A stretch of DNA of 64,000 nt from an uncultured Candidatus Rokubacteria bacterium. GTDB taxonomy: Bacteria > Methylomirabilota > Methylomirabilia > Rokubacteriales > DASRDR01. Shown here piece after piece: positions 61,033 through 64,000 of the stretch. The notes under the pieces were generated by a model that ran no database searches, was not told the DNA's origin, and was given only the letters and a program-made list of their open reading frames with translations. The stretch lies in contig CAWDVE010000010.1 of NCBI GenBank assembly GCA_963805625.1, positions 1,632,001 to 1,696,000 of the forward strand. Reading direction: 5' to 3'. The position numbers were made by a program, and so were the translations under genes. How positions within the stretch are numbered: position 1 is the first letter of the stretch; every line of letters starts with the position of its first letter.

Positions 61033-62022
61033 ATGAAACGCTCATCTCGTTCATCCCGGGAGATCCGGGCTCGCCGGGAGAAGCCGGGCCTGGTCACGGC
61101 GTCCATGAGCCCGGTCCGGGCCGCCGCTCTCATCGGCGTGAGCGAGTCCACGCTCAAGCGCTGGGTCGACGCGGGTCATATCCGGGCCGAGAAGACGGCC
61201 GGCGGGCATCGGCGGATCGCCGCCACGGACCTCGTCGCGTTCCTCCGCGCCCGCGGGCGCGCCGTGCCGAGCCTCGAGGCGCTCGGTCTCCTCGCCGGCC
61301 CCCGCCGGCCGCGGTCTCCCGCAGGGAGCCTCTCCCCCGTGGCGCTCGGCGATCTTCTGCTCGCTGGTGACGTCGCGATCGCCCGCCGCCTGCTCCTCGA
61401 CGCCTACGCGGCGGGACGGCCCCTCGACGAGGTCGGGGATGCGATCGTGGCGCCCACGATGACGCGGGTCGGGACGCTCTGGGCCCGCGGCGAGATCGAC
61501 GTTTACCAGGAGCACCTGGCCACGCAGCGCATCTGGTCGCTCCTGCTCGAGCTGCGCGCCTTCGTGCCCGTGCCCGTGGAGCGGGCGCCGATCGCGTTGG
61601 GCGGGGCACCCGAGGGGGATCCGTACGTCGTGCCGGGCCTGACGGTCGAGCTGACGCTCCTCGATCTTGGCTGGCGAGTGTTCAACCTGGGTCCCGAGAC
61701 GCCGATGGCGGCGCTCGCCGTCGCCGTGCGCCAGCACCGGCCGCGGCTCGTGTGGATCTCGATCACGACCCAGCGCACGTCCCCCGCGTTCCTCGAGGGC
61801 TACCCGCAGCTGGTCGACGCCGCGGGCGCCGAGCGCGCGGGCGTGATCGTGGGCGGACAGGGACTAACCGTGGAACTCCAGCACCGGCTCGTGCCTGCCG
61901 CGTTCGGGACGCGGCTCGCGCACCTCAAGGAATTCGCCCGGGCGCTCGTATCCTCGTCCACCCCAACCGAGCGGACACTACGGCCCACGGACACCCGGAA
62001 ACACCCAATGGAGCGAGCATGA
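61033..62022 (+). CDS. MerR-type HTH plus B12-binding-domain regulator (CarH/LitR-like)
   Basis: AAALIGVSESTLKRW..TAGGHRR, W-x9-EH (WARGEIDVYQEH), GDPY, NLGPETP, WISIT, VGG; alternative start 61105. Confidence 0.88.
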   Translation: MKRSSRSSREIRARREKPGLVTASMSPVRAAALIGVSESTLKRWVDAGHIRAEKTAGGHRRIAATDLVAFLRARGRAVPSLEALGLLAGPRRPRSPAGSLSPVALGDLLLAGDVAIARRLLLDAYAAGRPLDEVGDAIVAPTMTRVGTLWARGEIDVYQEHLATQRIWSLLLELRAFVPVPVERAPIALGGAPEGDPYVVPGLTVELTLLDLGWRVFNLGPETPMAALAVAVRQHRPRLVWISITTQRTSPAFLEGYPQLVDAAGAERAGVIVGGQGLTVELQHRLVPAAFGTRLAHLKEFARALVSSSTPTERTLRPTDTRKHPMERA

Positions 62023-63023
62023 CCAGCGGACCTCGGAACACCAGCGATCCGTCGGTGACGAAGTCGGCGCGCGGCGTAGCCGCCATCCGTGTCGGCATCA
62101 GCACTTGCCTCCTGGGCGAAAAGGTGCGCTTCGACGGAGGCCACAAGCTCGATCAGTACGCGGTCGGCACGCTCGGACGGTATGTGGACTGGGTACCGGT
62201 GTGCCCGGAGCTCGAGATGGGGCTCGGGGTACCGCGCGAGGCGCTCCGCCTCGTCGGGGATCCAGAAGCGCCCCGGCTCGTGACCGTGAAGAGCCGCGTG
62301 GACTACACCGAAGGCATGCTCACCTGGGCCCGCGACAAGGTCGAACAGTTGCGGAGCCTCGACCTCGACGGCTACATCCTGAAGAGCAAGTCCCCGAGCT
62401 GCGGGATGGAGCGCGTCCGAGTGTACACCGAGGCCGGCATGCCGTCCCGGTCCGGCCCCGGCCTGTTCGCCCGGATGCTCATGAATGCCATGCCGCTCCT
62501 GGTGGTCGAGGAAGAGGGACGGCTCAACGATCCCCTATTGCGCGAGAGCTTCGTCGTCCGCGTGTTCACTCATCACCGCTGGCGGCAACTCACGCGCGAC
62601 CGCGTCCGTCCGGGTCACCTCGTGGCCTTCCACGCCCGGCACAAGCTCCTCCTGATGGCGCACAGCGAACCGCATCTCCGCGCCCTCGGACAGCTGGTGG
62701 CCCGGGCGCGGACCGTCCCGCCGGCCGAGCTCGCGCGACAGTACGCCGAGGGGCTCTTCGCCGGGCTGCGCGTCAAGGCCACGACGCGCAAACACACGAA
62801 CGTGCTCCAGCACATCGCCGGCTACCTCCGCGAAACCCTGGACCGGCGGGACCGGGATGAGCTTCATGGAACGATCGCCGACTACCATGCCGGACTCGTT
62901 CCCTTGATCGTGCCGCTCACGCTCCTGCGGCACTACGTCGGGAAGGTCGGGCTCGACTACCTCCGGGACCAGGTCTACCTCGACCCGCATCCGAAGGAGC
63001 TCATGCTCCTGAACCACGTCTGA
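62019..63023 (+). CDS. DUF523/DUF1722 fusion (YbgA / 2-thiouracil desulfurase family)
   Basis: ISTCLLGEKVRFDGGH, VCPE..GLGVPRE, KSPSCG, FHARHK, NVLQHIAGY. Confidence 0.92.
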   Translation: MTSGPRNTSDPSVTKSARGVAAIRVGISTCLLGEKVRFDGGHKLDQYAVGTLGRYVDWVPVCPELEMGLGVPREALRLVGDPEAPRLVTVKSRVDYTEGMLTWARDKVEQLRSLDLDGYILKSKSPSCGMERVRVYTEAGMPSRSGPGLFARMLMNAMPLLVVEEEGRLNDPLLRESFVVRVFTHHRWRQLTRDRVRPGHLVAFHARHKLLLMAHSEPHLRALGQLVARARTVPPAELARQYAEGLFAGLRVKATTRKHTNVLQHIAGYLRETLDRRDRDELHGTIADYHAGLVPLIVPLTLLRHYVGKVGLDYLRDQVYLDPHPKELMLLNHV

Positions 63024-63092
63024 TGCCCTCCGGCGCCATTCCCTATCGCGCGGGTGGGTAGTCATGACGGAGTCCGGCCCGGCCGCACGCCC

Positions 63093-64000
63093 GTGAGCCC
63101 CTTCCGCCAGATCCTCCTGACGGGCGCGACCGGCTACGTGGGTGGCCGCCTCCTGACCGCCCTCGAGGCCGCCGGCTACCACGTCCGATGTCTCGCTCGA
63201 CGGCCCGAGGCGCTCCAGCACCACGCGGGACCCCGGGTCGAGATCGTGGCGGGCGACGTCCAGGATCCGGCATCCCTCGACCGTGCCCTCGCTGGGTGCG
63301 ATGTCGCCTACTATCTCGTCCATTCGATGGGAGTCGGAAGCGGGTTCGAAGAGGCGGACCGGCAGGCGGCGACGAGCTTCGGCCAGGCGGCCCATGTGGC
63401 AGGCGTGCAGCGGATCATCTACCTCGGAGGGCTCGGATCGGGACGCGCCCTGTCGCCGCACCTCGCGAGCCGTCAGGAGGTCGGCCGCCTGCTGGCCGCC
63501 TCCGGCGTCCCGACCACCGAGTTCCGCGCATCGATCGTCATCGGCTCCGGCAGCCTGTCGTTCGAGATGATCCGGGCTCTCGTCGAGCGGCTGCCCGTCA
63601 TGGTCGCGCCGCGCTGGGTGCGGACGGCAACCCAGCCGATCGCGGTCGAGGACCTGATCGCCTACCTCCTCGCCGGGCTCGACCTCGACGCTGCGGAGAA
63701 TCGGGTGTTCGAGATCGGCGGCGCCGACGTGGTGTCGTACGAGGGCCTCATGCGCGAGTATGCGCGGCAGCGGGGACTCCGGCGGTTGCTCCTGCCGGTC
63801 CCGGTGCTCTCGCCGGCCCTCTCTAGCCTCTGGCTGGGGCTGGTTACACCACTGTATGCACGCGTGGGCCGGAAGCTCATCGACAGCCTGCGGAACGCGA
63901 CCGTCGTGACGGACGACGGCGCCCGCCGGGCCTTCGCGGTGCGGCCCCGCGGCTACCACGAGGCGATTACGCGGGCCCTGGCCAACGAGGACCGCGAGCT
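63093..64000 (+). CDS. NAD(P)-binding atypical SDR (YbjT-like), runs off window end
   Basis: Manual translation: ILLTGATGYVGGRL, AYYLVHSMG, IIYLGGLG, HLASR.EVG, IVIGSGSLSFE. Confidence 0.9.
   Translation, partial: MSPFRQILLTGATGYVGGRLLTALEAAGYHVRCLARRPEALQHHAGPRVEIVAGDVQDPASLDRALAGCDVAYYLVHSMGVGSGFEEADRQAATSFGQAAHVAGVQRIIYLGGLGSGRALSPHLASRQEVGRLLAASGVPTTEFRASIVIGSGSLSFEMIRALVERLPVMVAPRWVRTATQPIAVEDLIAYLLAGLDLDAAENRVFEIGGADVVSYEGLMREYARQRGLRRLLLPVPVLSPALSSLWLGLVTPLYARVGRKLIDSLRNATVVTDDGARRAFAVRPRGYHEAITRALANEDRE

Overview
Very GC-rich bacterial chromosomal segment. Gene style suggests an uncultured soil lineage such as Rokubacteria/Methylomirabilota (inference only). I found no rRNA, tRNA, CRISPR array or recognisable transposase. 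In order, the window holds: a PotA/AfuA-type ABC importer led by a choline/ethanolamine-kinase-like gene; a large GT-C glycosyltransferase fused to a discoidin domain; an ArsR-led Ehr (Ni-free group-4-hydrogenase-like) operon in the gene order of M. tuberculosis Rv0081-Rv0087; a xanthine-dehydrogenase-family trio and an aldehyde dehydrogenase; an expanded potassium locus (DUF4118 protein, small peptide, kdpFABC, tandem USP, second DUF4118 protein, kimA-like, kdpDE) with two matching four-box operators; assorted catabolic enzymes; arfB; a peptide-type ABC transporter; a stand-alone MshEN/coiled-coil protein; a chromate-resistance-like cluster; an AdoMetDC-like proenzyme with a ~50-aa insertion; and a CarH/LitR-like B12 regulator whose cobalt-ligand His is replaced by Tyr, next to typical light-stress genes. 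Many gene remnants and deletion scars are scattered through the window, and several genes look leaderless. The best candidate for an undescribed system is the Kdp locus with its two kinase-less KdpD-like membrane proteins. All assignments come from motifs read by eye; no database searches were run.
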